Shown here piece after piece: positions 37,388 to 50,352 of a stretch of DNA of 64,000 bases. The notes below the pieces were generated by a model that did not search any database, had not been told where the DNA came from, and was given only the letters and a program-made list of their open reading frames with translations. Positions within the stretch are counted from its first letter, which is position 1. Each line of letters starts with the position of its first letter. This DNA is from Adineta vaga (Eukaryota > Animalia > Rotifera). The DNA is taken from the NCBI GenBank assembly GCA_021613535.1, contig CP075492.1, positions 17,918,001 to 17,982,000 on the forward strand, written 5' to 3'. A program made the position numbers and the translations under genes.

Positions 37388-40250
37388 ATGGGCAATCATT
37401 ATAGTCATCGTGAGCAAAATAATAATCCAAAGGCGGAAAGAAGCAGGTATAAACATATGATCATTGATCTTCAATTATCAATTCTCTATGCATCTTTCTA
37501 CTTCTCCATAGGTTATCATTTGTATGTGCATCGGTTATTGCTATATTATCCTTACCTGCTGTATTGTGCACCATTGCTACAGTTGTTGTACTTTCGCTGA
37601 TACCTATTTATTTGCCTTCAGGAGGACAAAGTTCAACCAGCAATCTTAGTAGTACAAAGATTATAACTCTTACTAATTTTCTTATTTCGATATTTTATTT
37701 TTAAGATAGAGAAACGATTGGCACGAAGTTTGGCACGAATATTGCTAATGGCGAAACACATACTGTAACCAACTATGATTCAATTGCTGCGCAGGTAGAC
37801 CTATATTTTCTTGATGTTAGCATAAGATATGAATGTCTTAATTTTATAGTTCAATGCAAAAATGAGCTATCCAGAAGGTACACTTGGTGTTGTAGCGGCA
37901 GGCTTCGTTGATACTGTTGACTCAAAAAATAAAATCAGAAAGAAGCGACAAATCAGGTCAGTTTCATAGGATCTTTTTCGTGATGATCAAAACGATTCGT
38001 TTTGCGCATACTTTTAGCGGTCAAGGATCCTGTGCCACTTCTCTTGACCAATCGATGAACGGTGACCTGTTCGGCCTAGGCTTCGTGATTAGAAAATGTC
38101 CACGAAATGCATGCAGTACTAATTTTTGCATTAAAAAATGTGCAGCGACTATAAAAGCCACAATGCTAGTAAAACTTTCATCAAGTCCTTTCCAGTTTGA
38201 ACTAGAGACGACTAATGGAAAAATAACAGTTACAATCCAGCTTTGTTCGTTTGAAGATAATATTTCAAGTAAGATGCTCGAGTCGAAACAAATGTCACAA
38301 GAATGTTAAATTTTGATTTTTTCAAAAGAGTATGAGTGTGGATGAGGGTGTAATGACAACTGAACTCTCACACATTCACACTCTCATTCACACCCACACC
38401 CTAAACTACTAAAATAGAATTTTAACGTGATTGTATTATAGACATAAACACAACTACTACAAGAACAACAACAACAACAGTGCCGATAACTACAACAAAA
38501 ACGATTCTCCCTACTACCACGACTGGTAAATGAGTTATAAAGTTTTTTTTGTCTAACCCCACATCTTGTTTAACCTTTTACATGAGCTGCTATAGAGATC
38601 TTTGTCTATGTGGAACATTCCGACGGGAACTCGCAGGCAGTCAGCGGAAAGTGAAAGCAGCTTGCTGTCCGAGAAATTTTTGAATTTTTTTCTGAGACAT
38701 CTAGTCAGAATACTGCTTCCGTACTCTTTCGCTTGGGTGCTAAAGAGTGAAACAAACTCGATTTTGCTGATTTGAGTTCGGTTTGCTGTAGTAGCTTGGT
38801 TCTACCTTATCATAATAGACAATAAACGAGTTTAAAATAGAAAATATTGAAAACAATACTCATATCAATGCGAACTATCTTTATAGCGTAGCGGGTAAAA
38901 GGCTTGATTCAGTTTTTCTTGATAGTTTTGCGTAGTTTACTCTATCTCTAAAAAAAACATCAGAGATTTTATATTTTGTCCAAAAATTCGACGCAATTAG
39001 AGAAGCAATGTAACGAAACTTTTGCACACTTATACTCAACAACAATGAACCCAACAGTAATTGAAAATGCTCTAGATAGAAGATATCTCTGTTATTTCTT
39101 TGTACAAAACACCCTCACACCCACACCCGACTTTGATAATTATGTAACTACCAAGGATAATTTTTATTTCATTATAGACAAATGTATATTTCATTCTCCA
39201 CTGGCTTATCCAATTAACGTTGGATCCTACCCACGCTCTGTGGCAGTTGATGATATGGATGGTGACGGTAAACCTGACATTATTGTTACGAATACGGCTT
39301 TGGATAATGCCACTGTGTTGCTTAATAAAGGCAGTAACATATTTGTCATGCAACCAAATAAAGCGACTGATAATGGAGCATCTCCATATTTTGTGACAAC
39401 AGGCGACATTAATGGTGACAAAAAACCTGACATTGTTGTTGCAAACTATGATGGAGATAATATCGGTATCCTCATTAATAAAGGTGATGGCACATTTGCT
39501 TCTCAAGCAATCTATTCAATGAGCATTGGATCTTCTCCACGTTTTGTGACGCTAATCGATGTTAATGGTGACAATAAATTAGACATTGTTGTCGCAAATA
39601 GTGGCGCAGATAACATCGGTGTTTTCATTAATAAAGGAGATGGCACATATTTTGCTCAAGTAACCTATCCAATGGGTACTGGATCTTCTCCACGTTCTGT
39701 AGCCATAGGCGATATCAGTGGTGATAACATTCCTGACATTGTTGTCGCTAACTTTGACGGAAATAATGTTGGTGTTCTTTTCAATCAAGGCAATGGCACA
39801 TTTCTCATTCAAGGGACATATTCAACAAACGCTGGATCTTCTCCAAATTCTGTGATAATAATAGATGTTGGTGGTAACAGCAAGTCTGACATTATTGTCG
39901 CAAACAGTGGTGGAGATAATATTGGTGTTTTAATTAATAAAGGTGATGGAACATTTGATGCTCAAAAGACGTATTCGACTGGTAAGGGGACTTCACCGAT
40001 GTCTCTGGTATCAGCTGATGTTAATGGTGATACTAAAACTGATATTATTGTTGCAAATAGTGGCCAGGATAATGTTGGTATCCTTCTCAATAATGGTGAT
40101 GGGTCCTTTTTTAGTAAGACAACATATTCGACTGGTAATGGTTCATATCCGATCTCCGTGACAGCTGCTGATATGAATGCTGACAGTAAGCCTGACATTA
40201 TCGTCGCAAACTATGGTTTGGATAACGTTAACGTTATTTTAGCTTGTTGA
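37388..40250 (+). CDS. Single-pass membrane protein with a Thr-rich stalk and C-terminal FG-GAP/VCBS repeats; multi-exon
   Basis: Exon 1 MGNHYSHREQNNNPKAERS; TM exon ..VLCTIATVVVLSLIPIYLP; TTTTRTTTTTVP linker; last exon 39178-40250 with seven to eight D.NGD.K.DIVVAN..DN.GV..N.GDGTF repeats. Confidence 0.8.
38327..38404. repeat. Telomere-like palindrome H14 (long arms with 6-nt periodicity), intronic
   Basis: AGAGTATGAGTGTGGATGAGGGTG...CTCTCACACATTCACACTCTCATTCACACCCACACCCTAA. Confidence 0.75.
38574..38902. mobile_element. piggyBac-like MITE in an intron
   Basis: TTAA|CCTTTTAC..GCTATAGAGA ... TCTTTATAGC..GTAAAAGG; the right TSD is degraded. Confidence 0.5.
39110..39128. repeat. Half element H15 (C-rich arm only), intronic
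   Basis: CACCCTCACACCCACACCC. Confidence 0.6.
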
Positions 40251-40384
40251 AGGACATATATGAACTGAACTATCTTTTTCGAAACATTATTTCAAGCTTC
40301 TCTAACTTTCTCACTCTATGCTTTATTTAAAAAATTTACTAACTTTCTGGTACTTTTGCTCATTAAAAATAAATTTTCGCTATT

Positions 40385-41029
40385 TCACGAAGGATGTGTT
40401 CATTGTGTGTGAAATCTTCTAATATACGGGTACCAAAAGATCCAACCGCGAACAAATGCGGTTCTTTCAACATTCATACTCGTAAAGAAGGAAACAAAAA
40501 ATTGAAAAGAAATATGATGATAGAAAACGTTTTGATGAATCAGGAATGATTGTTATAAGTCTATTACAAAGTGTACCAAAAAGCTGTTCAATTAAATCAG
40601 ATATAGAAAATGGTTCATGCGTATTGCACGGACAATATTCGATTTAATTATGAATCAAATGATAACCTTAGTTTCAGAAGTGATCGTTTATTTTACGTGA
40701 AAATGGAAATTACCGAGATGATGCTACGTAATCCATATACTATGGAGCGTAAAATCTTGCAAATACCATCAACACAACGTCAATATTTACAATCTGGTGA
40801 TGAAATAGATTATCTTAAGCCGCAGAAAAAAAGAAAAAGAGAATTTAACTCCAAGAGTTCCACCACAATTCAATTTGATGAAATCGAATATTGGTCTCAA
40901 GTTGAACAAAGATTACGTCTTCGATGGAAAAATAAATATTGTACGATGAAAAGGAAGTTTCATTGTTTGAAATATCAGGCACATCCGTATCTTAATGCAT
41001 CTCATAATAGTTTTCAAAGCTGTTATTGA
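40385..41029 (+). pseudogene. Uncharacterised coding fragment
   Basis: A 139-aa ORF preceded by frameshifted protein-like sequence; family not recognised. Confidence 0.3.
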
Positions 41030-41478
41030 GAAACTAAATATACGTGTGCATGATATACTATTCTGATGAATTTTTCTGTTTTTTTATTATATTAAAATTT
41101 AACTAATCATATATTCTTCTAAAAAAATTGTTTTTCAAAAGCAACTCATACTAACAGAAAAACACACAATTTTGTTTACATAAATCAGCATATAATTATG
41201 AAAAGTCGAAGAAAGAAAGAAACAAACTTGAGGAAAGTTTTAATTTGATGTAATTCACGAGGATCGAGTGAGAAATGATCCATTCTATATTAGCACTTCA
41301 TTCAAATTCAATCGCATATTTAGAAAAAATAAAATCATTAAATAATTTAAGTAACAACATCGGTAAAGACTTAAGGCCACCATCAAAATAGTTTATTTTG
41401 TCCGTCGGTATTCTCTGTACATCTTCATTTAATATATAGATATTTTTTGTTGGAAATAGCATCTCAACATGCAGAATG

Positions 41479-41524
41479 TGAGGATGTGTGTAATCTTATC
41501 TTCTGTCATCTATATCCACACCCA
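41479..41524. repeat. Telomere-like palindrome H16 (spacer type B)
   Basis: TGAGGATGTGTGTAATCTTATCTTCTGTCATCTATATCCACACCCA; shares TATCTTCTGTCA..ATATCCACACC with H13. Confidence 0.8.
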
Positions 41525-41636
41525 AAATCGCAATCATAAGTTTATATAAATGTATTTCAATATTTTTCGATTTTTTCGTGAAGCGTCTTTTATATGTCTG
41601 TTCTCAGTTGTAACGGTCGATTTCATAGACAGGAGA

Positions 41637-42944
41637 TTAAAGTAATTTATGGGAGTGAACATTTCTCCAAAATTTCAATACAGCAGTTTGATAAACGATA
41701 CGATCAAGCTTTGCTAATTTCTCAGCAAAAACCAGATCTTCAGACTTTATTCGAGGAGGTATTGGAGTTACATAGACTGCTTCATTTATACGCAATCGTT
41801 TGAGTTCTGTTGGTATTGTCCAATTTAAGAAAATTTCCAAAAGCTGTAATGAAAGATTTGTTTGTTCTTTGATAAGTATCAAGTCAATTTGGTTCATATT
41901 GTCAAGTGCACAATTTCTGGTTTTGTCATTTCGAATATGCGGACATCTTGCCCTTTGTTCTCTCTGATCTTTTTCTGAAGTAGTATTTTCCCAAAAATGA
42001 TAGCAACAGAACAAAGTAGTAACAGGATTATTTCCAAAAGTCCATCGTGATCCATAGTCTTTCTGAATTAACTGCGAGTCTATACTTGCTTTCAAAAACT
42101 GTTGAAAAGACTCTTCCAGTATTGGATCTAGAGATCCTTTACAGTCAGATTTCCACGCCTGTTTGACAACAGTGTTCGCGAACTTTAATAAGAAAGATGT
42201 ATTCAACGATTGTAAATGTTCTATTGAAAAATTATGTACTTGAGACCATCCTTCTGTACCTCCAAAACCAGCGAAGCACCCTTTCGCATTAGGGAATGAA
42301 GTTTGATTTCTAGTTAAATAACTGATAACGGTATTTCGATTGTGATTTAATTGAAATTTATCATAAGTACAATCGAGTGATGTAGCTCCACATTGTAATG
42401 TATTATTTAACTGATGTATCAATGATTGTAAAGCGAACGCTCCCGCAAGGTAATGTGCAGAATACCTTCGAAAATGAAAAGCGGAAATTGTCTGTTGAAC
42501 AGGATCTCGAATTATAGTTATATATTTGACTGGTCGCTTCAACTCCAACATGTGATGGACTCCATATGGAATGTGTCCTATAAGCACGTCAATTTGATCA
42601 AGTTCTGATGCATTCATTGCGCGAAGTTCTCGTAGATCACCGTACTGGTCTGTGATAATAAGTTCTCTGCAAATTTTGTTAGTAGCAATGCACCAATTAT
42701 TTAAAACTACACGAATAATTGTTCCACCCGTTTTTGGAGCATGCACAAAAATATACATTGGTTTCATTTTTTGATCAGAAGAATATGGTAAAGTGCTTCC
42801 TAATTTTTCCGTTTGAAATGAATTACATTCCCGAGATGAAGATGTGGACTGATTGACGGTCGGTCGGCATTTGTTATATATATTAATCAATGTAAGTAAG
42901 ATTATCAAACTGAATATGATACATATTCCTTGGTGACGTATCAT
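41637..42944 (-). CDS. Membrane-anchored sulfotransferase (Sulfotransfer_2 / Gal-3-O-sulfotransferase-like), intronless
   Basis: 5'-PSB motif FVHAPKTGGT, LIGHIPYGVH, 3'-PB motif YITIIRDPVQQTISAF and C-terminal LDRIVY. N-terminal TM; first ATG at 42944. Confidence 0.85.
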   Translation of the reverse strand: MIRHQGICIIFSLIILLTLINIYNKCRPTVNQSTSSSRECNSFQTEKLGSTLPYSSDQKMKPMYIFVHAPKTGGTIIRVVLNNWCIATNKICRELIITDQYGDLRELRAMNASELDQIDVLIGHIPYGVHHMLELKRPVKYITIIRDPVQQTISAFHFRRYSAHYLAGAFALQSLIHQLNNTLQCGATSLDCTYDKFQLNHNRNTVISYLTRNQTSFPNAKGCFAGFGGTEGWSQVHNFSIEHLQSLNTSFLLKFANTVVKQAWKSDCKGSLDPILEESFQQFLKASIDSQLIQKDYGSRWTFGNNPVTTLFCCYHFWENTTSEKDQREQRARCPHIRNDKTRNCALDNMNQIDLILIKEQTNLSLQLLEIFLNWTIPTELKRLRINEAVYVTPIPPRIKSEDLVFAEKLAKLDRIVYQTAVLKFWRNVHSHKLL

Positions 42945-43180
42945 ATATCGCAATAAATTTTATGATGACTGATCAAAAAAGCAAACAACCTTATTTATAA
43001 AATCCATCCTCTTACAAAATCAAAGTTACTTGGGAATCCTCTCTAGTTTCCGAAAAGTTCTTAAATCTTCTAAAGCAATACAAGAATACTCTGTTGATTT
43101 CCAAGGTGTTCGAAACATCTTAGTTTTCGAGAATAATGATTTGAACTTCTCTAGAATGTTCTAGGAAACGTATTTACCAT

Positions 43181-43717
43181 CAGAGCTAGGATGTAAGTAT
43201 TTGTACTCGAGTATTTCGTGATTTTTAAGTAAAAAAGTACAAGTACAAGTAGTCATAAAATTTACTCGTACTTATACTTTTACTTTAGAAGAAGACTTTG
43301 GCACTTGGATCCAAATACAAAAATCCGTACTTTGTACTTTGTACTTGAAATTAGTAGAGAGCAAAATCTTTGTTTTGCTAATCGAGGTAGTTTTTGCTTC
43401 ATTTATATGTCAACAGCTGTACCAGAATGAGTGAGAAAACGGACATATATGCACCGAAAAAGCAGAAAAGAAAATTGCATCAAGATCCTTTAAACTAAAC
43501 TATATAAGATGTTTGAATAAAAATTTTTGTTAAAATTTCCTATTCTCATTGTATATTTCATTTATTTCTCAAGTACAAAGTACAGAAGTACGGGTTATTT
43601 TACTTAAGTATAAGTATGAAAATATTTGCTTGAAGTAAAAGTACAAGTACGAGTCTATGTTCTTTAAGTATAAGTATAATACTTTTACTTGTAGTACTTG
43701 TACTCGTCCGAGCTCTG
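43181..43717. mobile_element. hAT-type MITE with 8-bp TSD
   Basis: TIRs CAGAGCTAGGATG / CGTCCGAGCTCTG; TSD TTTACCAT on both sides; subterminal AAGTAC/GTACTT repeats. Confidence 0.9.
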
Positions 43718-43806
43718 TTTACCATTGTCAGAAACGGCTTAAGTATTTGCAGAGATATTCAAAAACGATGAGCAAATAACACCTTTGTTTACCCTCATAC
43801 AAGGTT

Positions 43807-44232
43807 CTCGTATTAGAGGAATGTGAATTTCGTCGTACCGACTTTCGCACTAGACTTTCGACAATTGTCGATAGTTCGGTTTTGTCAATGTCAATATCAA
43901 AGTCCAATACAACTTTGGTGATTGTTTCACATCTTGATAAACAGATTCAACTCTTTGAATAATGTGTAATATCCACTAATAGTATGTACTCGTCAACCGC
44001 ATTCTTGAAATATATAAGACAATACTGAAAATCCAGATGTAACTTATCGCTGACAATTTTACTAGTTTTTCTACGATTAATAAGTTGATTATTATGTTTA
44101 TCAAGATGTCAAACAACCACCAAAGCTGTGCTGGACTGTGCCATCGACACTAACCAAACCGAACTATCGACTATTGCTAAAAGTTTAGTGCGGAAGTCAA
44201 TACGACGAAATTTATGCTACTCTCATATTGAA
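43807..44232. mobile_element. Foldback MITE with ~130-bp imperfect TIRs
   Basis: AATTTCGTCGTACCGACTTTCGCACTAGACTTT..GTCGATAGTTCGGTTT versus AAACCGAACTATCGAC..AAAGTTTAGTGCGGAAGTCAATACGACGAAATT. Confidence 0.8.
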
Positions 44233-44788
44233 TGCATTGAGAGAGTAGGAAAAATATTTCATCTGCATAGTGTACGTATCATAACGTACATACTCCATAA
44301 AATAGTCATGCACGGTTAAACACAAATGCATACTTTTCTTCTCTTTCACGCTTGCACCTCATTTTTATTTGGTTAGTCTTCCGACATTGAATCATCGAAC
44401 CCCATAATTGAAGGAAGAAAGCAAATAGATAATACCTGCGTGGAAGAATAAAATACAGGGGGGAGGGGCGCTTTTCCTATACTCCAAAGAAGTATGACTG
44501 AGGTAAAGTGGAGTAGAATGAATGAGGTTCTCACTATTTTGCACATTTATCCCCTATTCTTAAAACAAATACCCGTAATAATGTTCTATTGAGATTCCTT
44601 CACAGTATTCAAATAGATTTGAAAATCCAATTATACCGTATTCTAGAGTAAAGTGTCCTCTACGAAACGAACTATTTCATATGCCATCGCAATATAGTCG
44701 TTTCGAAATATGTTAACCGAATTTTTATTTTTACTGATTGAAAAACCTCCATTTCAAAGTACTTTTTAATGTTGCGACTACAAAATTG

Positions 44789-45511
44789 TTATTTAGGGCA
44801 TACCAAAAGTACTATCCAAATTTTTATGAAAGGCAGCTGGAAGAAAATTGTATAACTTTTGACTGAAAACTTATTTCGATCTGCGGTTTTTGCCATACGA
44901 TAGAGGAGCGCCGGGGGCAGATACCTATGTAGAAAAGTGACTTCTCGCTAAAAAACAAAAATTTGTTGAAAATATTTTCAAAATATAAGTTTTTTAAATG
45001 TACTAAGCAACAAGAAAGGACTCATGTTTATATTGTATCGTATTTTTATATTCAACTTATGAGTGCAGACGTGCAAAAATGCTGATGTTTAAGGGCTTTT
45101 CCGAGAGAAAATCTTTTTTTCCACTTAACTTGATTTTATAATCTTTGATTTCTAAAAAAATCTTTTATAACAATGGAGGTTCTGCTGTCCTTACACAAAA
45201 ACATATTGAATTAAAATAATTCTGAATAGGAAAAGAACTTATATTCTATGTTTTACTAATCATCATTCGAATCTGTTTCTTCACGGCCAGATTGTAAATA
45301 TGGTTCGTTATCTTCCTCCATAATTTCATCCACCATTTTTTAAATTTCTGCAATTCCACGTATATACCTGAAAATACGAAGTTGCACGTTTATCATCCAT
45401 CGCCACCATAAATTACTCAATCAATTCTTTTACATCGTCCTGACGAAAGGTCGTGTTTTGATCACGAACTAATTACTTGAGATCATTGCATGACAATTCA
45501 ATACGATTGAG
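44789..45511 (-). mobile_element. Tc1/IS630-superfamily transposon 3' relic
   Basis: Minus strand LNRIELSCNDLK*LVRDQNTTFRQDDVKELIE matches the LNPIE..W..LK..V...N..F motif. The putative TIR at 44793-44811 is shared with 29704-29722. Confidence 0.6.
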
Positions 45512-46377
45512 AGTTTTGGAAGACGAAATATTTCTATAACATATTTCTTTCGAATTCGATCACTCTATTCAACGAAATAGAGAAGGACAACATAGTTATA
45601 CAAGCTAAAAATAGCTCTTGAAAGGGACTTACAATATATCCTATGAAACCTTGAACAGTTACATGAAACAATTGATAGTTTGGTAAAAATTCTCCCAAGC
45701 GTCTACTTATTCCACGAAGTTGTTAATCATTTCGTAAAAGCTATACTGAACCAGACATGATCTGTGATTGGATCAGTACGAGATATACAGAACCTTCACG
45801 AGGTTAGTAGTGAACATGCTGAGCTTTCAATTGACATACGAAACACCCAAGAGTTTTGCATTAAATTTGTTAAGCCTTTAAATATTCTCGAACTTGTTAT
45901 TGGTTTTCGATAACCAACACAAAATCTTTAATGTGAATACGAAACCATGTTTGGTTTAGTTTAAAATATTCTGAACTTTTCGGAAACTGACGAACCATCA
46001 AGTGGTCTACGAAACTGGGAATAGTTTGATAGAAGATAGGCGAAACCTATCGTCAGACTGCAAAACTGCTGATGGTTCTGTGAACATGTTACAGGACTAT
46101 CAATGGTTTCATGAACCGCATAGAAAACCTCTTAGTTTCATTAAAACACCAATTATTCTTACAGTGCAATACTACCAGAACCATTTTAAAATGCAAATTT
46201 TCTTCCCCGCAAATTAGTTTATGCTATCAAAAGCTTAATAGTATAAATGGGGTACAAAAAATGAATGCGTGAGAGGTACAATTTTGTGTATAGTGTAAAA
46301 TATGAGGATTGAGTACATCTGGCAGCCCTGGACAATATCAACTAACATAATGAAAACAATCGAGTTATCGTACACTA

Positions 46378-47476
46378 TTATGATATTATCGGGTCCAAAT
46401 TCCAATTTGATTCCTTTTTTTTAGGAGTACAGTTTCGTGTGTTCCATTTTTTTTGATAATATGTTAGGCCAGCAGTATATAATAATGGTTCAGCTTCTCG
46501 ATCCGCTATCCTCATATTATTTCGTCTCCATTGCGTGCGATTGATATCACTACCATTATCTGCGCTGATATGTAAAATTTCTTTTGCTCGTTTCCATTCA
46601 CAAGTTTTTAGCTCTTCTACGAGTTCATTTTCCAAAACTTTTGGCATGTGAAAGATGTGCGCAATGTGTTGATTAACTAATTTATAACCTTTTAGTTTTA
46701 GTCTCTTATAATAATCACAGTCCGCTGTGTATTGTGGAATATATATATCAAATGGACCAGTTGATATATACGCAGAAGTGCGAACAGCAATTACTAGATC
46801 ATAACGGTAGAATATCACACTCCAGTTATTTTCCGTCCTATTGACTTGACGAATAGAATTCAACATCTTTGTATAGACAATATGAGAATGAGCGTCGGAC
46901 GATCTTGCATCTACAGTTCTATTACTGTTTTCTTTTACTATTGTCCAATCTTCGGAAAGAGGCAAAAGCATAATATCCATATGTGACCAAGAATAAAAAT
47001 CACATTTTGATTGTTGAGCAATATTTAAGAATAAATTTTGTAAATGTGAGAAAGATAATGAACTCGATGTCGGTAAGATGGTTATAATCATATGGCCATA
47101 TTTTTTAGATAACCAATCTCGTCTTTTTACAGCTAGTTTTCCAGGTGAATTATCTACTAGTACTATATTCTGCCAACCAACGTTGGTGTTAGCTCGAACA
47201 CGAGCTGATGTTTATTTCGTAAAAGAAGAATTCCCCTTGTAGATATAAATACACACACATATATAGAGAGGATAAAGAAAGAGAGAGAGAGAGAGATTCG
47301 AGGTAGTGATGTAAACTACCGTTAACAATCGCCTCCTCCATACGGAACAGTGTGTCTGCGCACATTCTCATAGAAAAAATTTCACAAAAAAATAACGACC
47401 ATAAACTATAAACGAAAAGATATTGAAAGAGAGAAAAACAGCAGAGAAAAATTTTAACTTTAAAAGTCCTTTTCAT
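46378..47476 (-). pseudogene. Fungal-type GT2-like glycosyltransferase with an N-terminal TM exon; probable frameshift near 47190-47210
   Basis: VGWQNIVLVDNS, LSFSHLQNLFL..A..FYSWSHMD and FYRYDL...GPFDIYIPQYTADCDYYKRL. The upstream exon MKRTFKVKIFLCCFSLFQYLFVYSLWSLFF is separated by a (CT)n-containing intron. I cannot join the frames without a shift. Confidence 0.6.
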
Positions 47477-47559
47477 ATTTCGAGTTCATTCCATGTTGTC
47501 TATAGTTGATTCGTCGCGTTGATTGAGAAAGTGTGAATCTGGTGTAAGTTGTCATAGAA

Positions 47560-48100
47560 TTAATAATTCATATCAAATTTGTGTATTTGTTTTCCACTTG
47601 TTGATTTGCATCAATTGCTAAATTCATTTCAATTGTTGTGATCAAACGATTTGTTATTTGTGGAATTCCACTAATTCATGAGTTAATGTATATAAATTTG
47701 TTAGAATTTTTGTTTCCAAATGTAATTCCATAATCTGATGTATTTCACAAATGTTCATTCGTACCAATTATAAATACGATTTCAATCCAATTCAACAAAT
47801 AAAATCTGTGATTCTTGTATATTATTCAAAAATGAACACCAGAAAAATTGTGGCTTTATTATCGCTATTGTTTCTGATTCTAAACCAGAATGTTATGTTG
47901 TGATTCGCAAGGTTCTAATTGATCGACAAGACTCTTTCACATTCAAAAATAAGCACATTATTAATCCATTTAATTTCTGGGGAGATCTCACAGATCCTCC
48001 ACAGTTGATGACTGTTCACTTGAATAACATACTTGGAAAACTAGCCTAAAGTAAAGAAGAAAATTTTCATTTTTCATTTCAAAAATATTAACCATTTTCC
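47560..48100 (+). pseudogene. Possible CACTA/EnSpm-like transposase C-terminal relic
   Basis: CDSCILFKNEHQKNCGFIIAIV...HLNNILGKLA* resembles CMC transposase tails; heavily degraded. Confidence 0.35.
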
Positions 48101-48925
48101 CTTAATATCTTTCTGTCTCTCAAATATTGAATTTTCATCACAATCTGCTTTTATACATTGTATAAAATTGTGTTTCTATCAATTTTCTTCTCGTATGAAT
48201 TATCAATATTTGAACCATTTATTAAATATTTAGGTGGCATAGGAATTTTGATATTTCGGTAGTTCTAGCAAAGTGTTAAAAACAAAGAATGTTACATTTA
48301 AAAAACTAAGTAGCACTATATGTTTCATCCTGACAAATTAACAAAATTGTTGTAAATGAACTTTTAACTGCAGTTAGAGTTGTAGAAATTTATTGTACAA
48401 AATTCGTTCTACAATTCAACGCGTTTAAACGCTTGCATTTTATTAAAAATTTGCGTGTTTTCATGCAAACAAAAAACGTTAGGTGATTTTATATCCGATA
48501 AAACACTTTAAAATCTTGAACGAAAAACGAAGAAAAAAAGTCATCTTGAATAGCAGTTCATTGTTCAATTATCTCAGTTATCACGCTTTAGTCTTCCACA
48601 CAATAAAATGAATAATTATGTCTCACGAGTAAACGCTCAAAAATGGCTGTTTTGGAGCGTGAAAACGCGTTTTTCCAAAATCTTGTCTGCTTGGGCAGTC
48701 AATGTTATCTTCAATCCATTCATGTGAACGTTTCAGAAATTGCATATTTGTTAGTATTGAACAAGTCTAGTACATGGACTTTTGCAATTGATTTGAATGT
48801 GTATTCGAAAAATCAACAATTTCGATTGTTTGATTCAATTAAAAATGGGAAGAATAATCCTTTTCGTCAATCGAATTTATTTCCATTTTCTAGTCAATCA
48901 AATCTTTTCTATGATGATATATTAA

Positions 48926-49502
48926 CCCTTTCGCGGCGACCAGATTTTGATAGAGAGTCACACTTCTCAATTCGCTTTATTAGAAAACAAAATATACCAC
49001 AAGATGCAGCGTGAAAAGTTCTACAATCTACACCGTATAACGTATTTCAAATATGTACTTTTCGTTTTCAAAAAAACGCATAATTGTGTGCGACCAATTT
49101 TTGAGGTTATTTCAGGACTTTAGTATATTACGGCGAGGTTTTTACACAATTCAAATAAGCTTTATGAAATAGATTGTAGAGCGTTTCACGCTGTATATTG
49201 TGGTATATTACGTTGTTTCTTACGAAATCATATTAAGTGATAAAAAGATGAAATAAGAAAAATGAGATTTTACATTCTTGTAGAGAAAATGATCATTTCG
49301 CAACTTCGAAAACTAGTCACATAGAGTTTTACTTTCTTCGAAAACAAAACATATACCATTCAAATAAGATTTATTGTTAAACTTGTAGAGCTTTTCAAGG
49401 TGCATCTTATGGTATATCCTGTTTTTTAATAAAACACATTTAGAGATTAAAATATGAAATGCAAAGTGTGAGCCACCGGTGGCTCACATCGCGGTGAAAG
49501 GG
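48926..49502. mobile_element. piggyBac-like MITE
   Basis: TTAA|CCCTTTCGCGGCGA ... TCGCGGTGAAAGGG|TTAA, with long internal inverted segments. Confidence 0.85.
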
Positions 49503-50352
49503 TTAAAGAAATCAATTGTCAGTTATAACATAGATTTACTTTATTTGCCATTACTTTCTTTTAATAATAATCATTTCGAATACAAACTGATTGAATCATC
49601 TGTGAAAAGTTCAAAATTCACTTATACCGACAAAATATCAACATCCATCAATCATCATATGGAGACTTATTTTACAGACAAATCAAATTTAAAAACATTT
49701 CCATTATTGAATAAAGCTAGTCAGAACTGCAACAGTTCAAAAATGTTTTCTAAATGTACGACTACAGAAACTGAACAATTCCGAAAATTCGTTCAAATCA
49801 TTCATGTACTAGAGGTACTCATAACAACCTACTGTTATTTTATAATATTGCTGGTAATTTTCGATTCTGTCCAAAAAAAGCTGCTCATCACAAAAATACA
49901 CATATAGTATTCGCTGTAAAGATTTTGAATGTGATAATAGAACATTAATTTGGAAATCGTTAGATCAATTATTTATTTTCCATTTTCATAAAAAAGTTCG
50001 AATCTCGATTTTATAGAATCTTTTTTCCCCAAATTTCAGGACTTTTAAATCAAATTCATAATCACCGAAATTTATTCTTCAGACAAACAAAATTGATCAC
50101 ACATATAAATCATCTTACGATACACATCACGAACATATCAATTTACACGTCATTCTTTAGTTTTATTTGGCATTATTCAGCTATTAAAAGGAATAAATAG
50201 CTATGGCAAATTGAAATAGCAAAAAGATCTTTAGGTTGCTGAAAAATAAAATAGCTGCGTATAAATTGCAAACCGAAAAGGTAACAAAACTAAATCTACA
50301 TCCAATCAATTCTTTTTTGCCACTTTAATTATAAAAGCGACTTGTATCTCTT

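Noticed and set aside
39072-40198. Antisense and alternative-frame ORFs over the FG-GAP exon (likewise those over the GPCR, NHL and 28298-28534 regions)
   Set aside because: These are shadow ORFs of the real coding frame.
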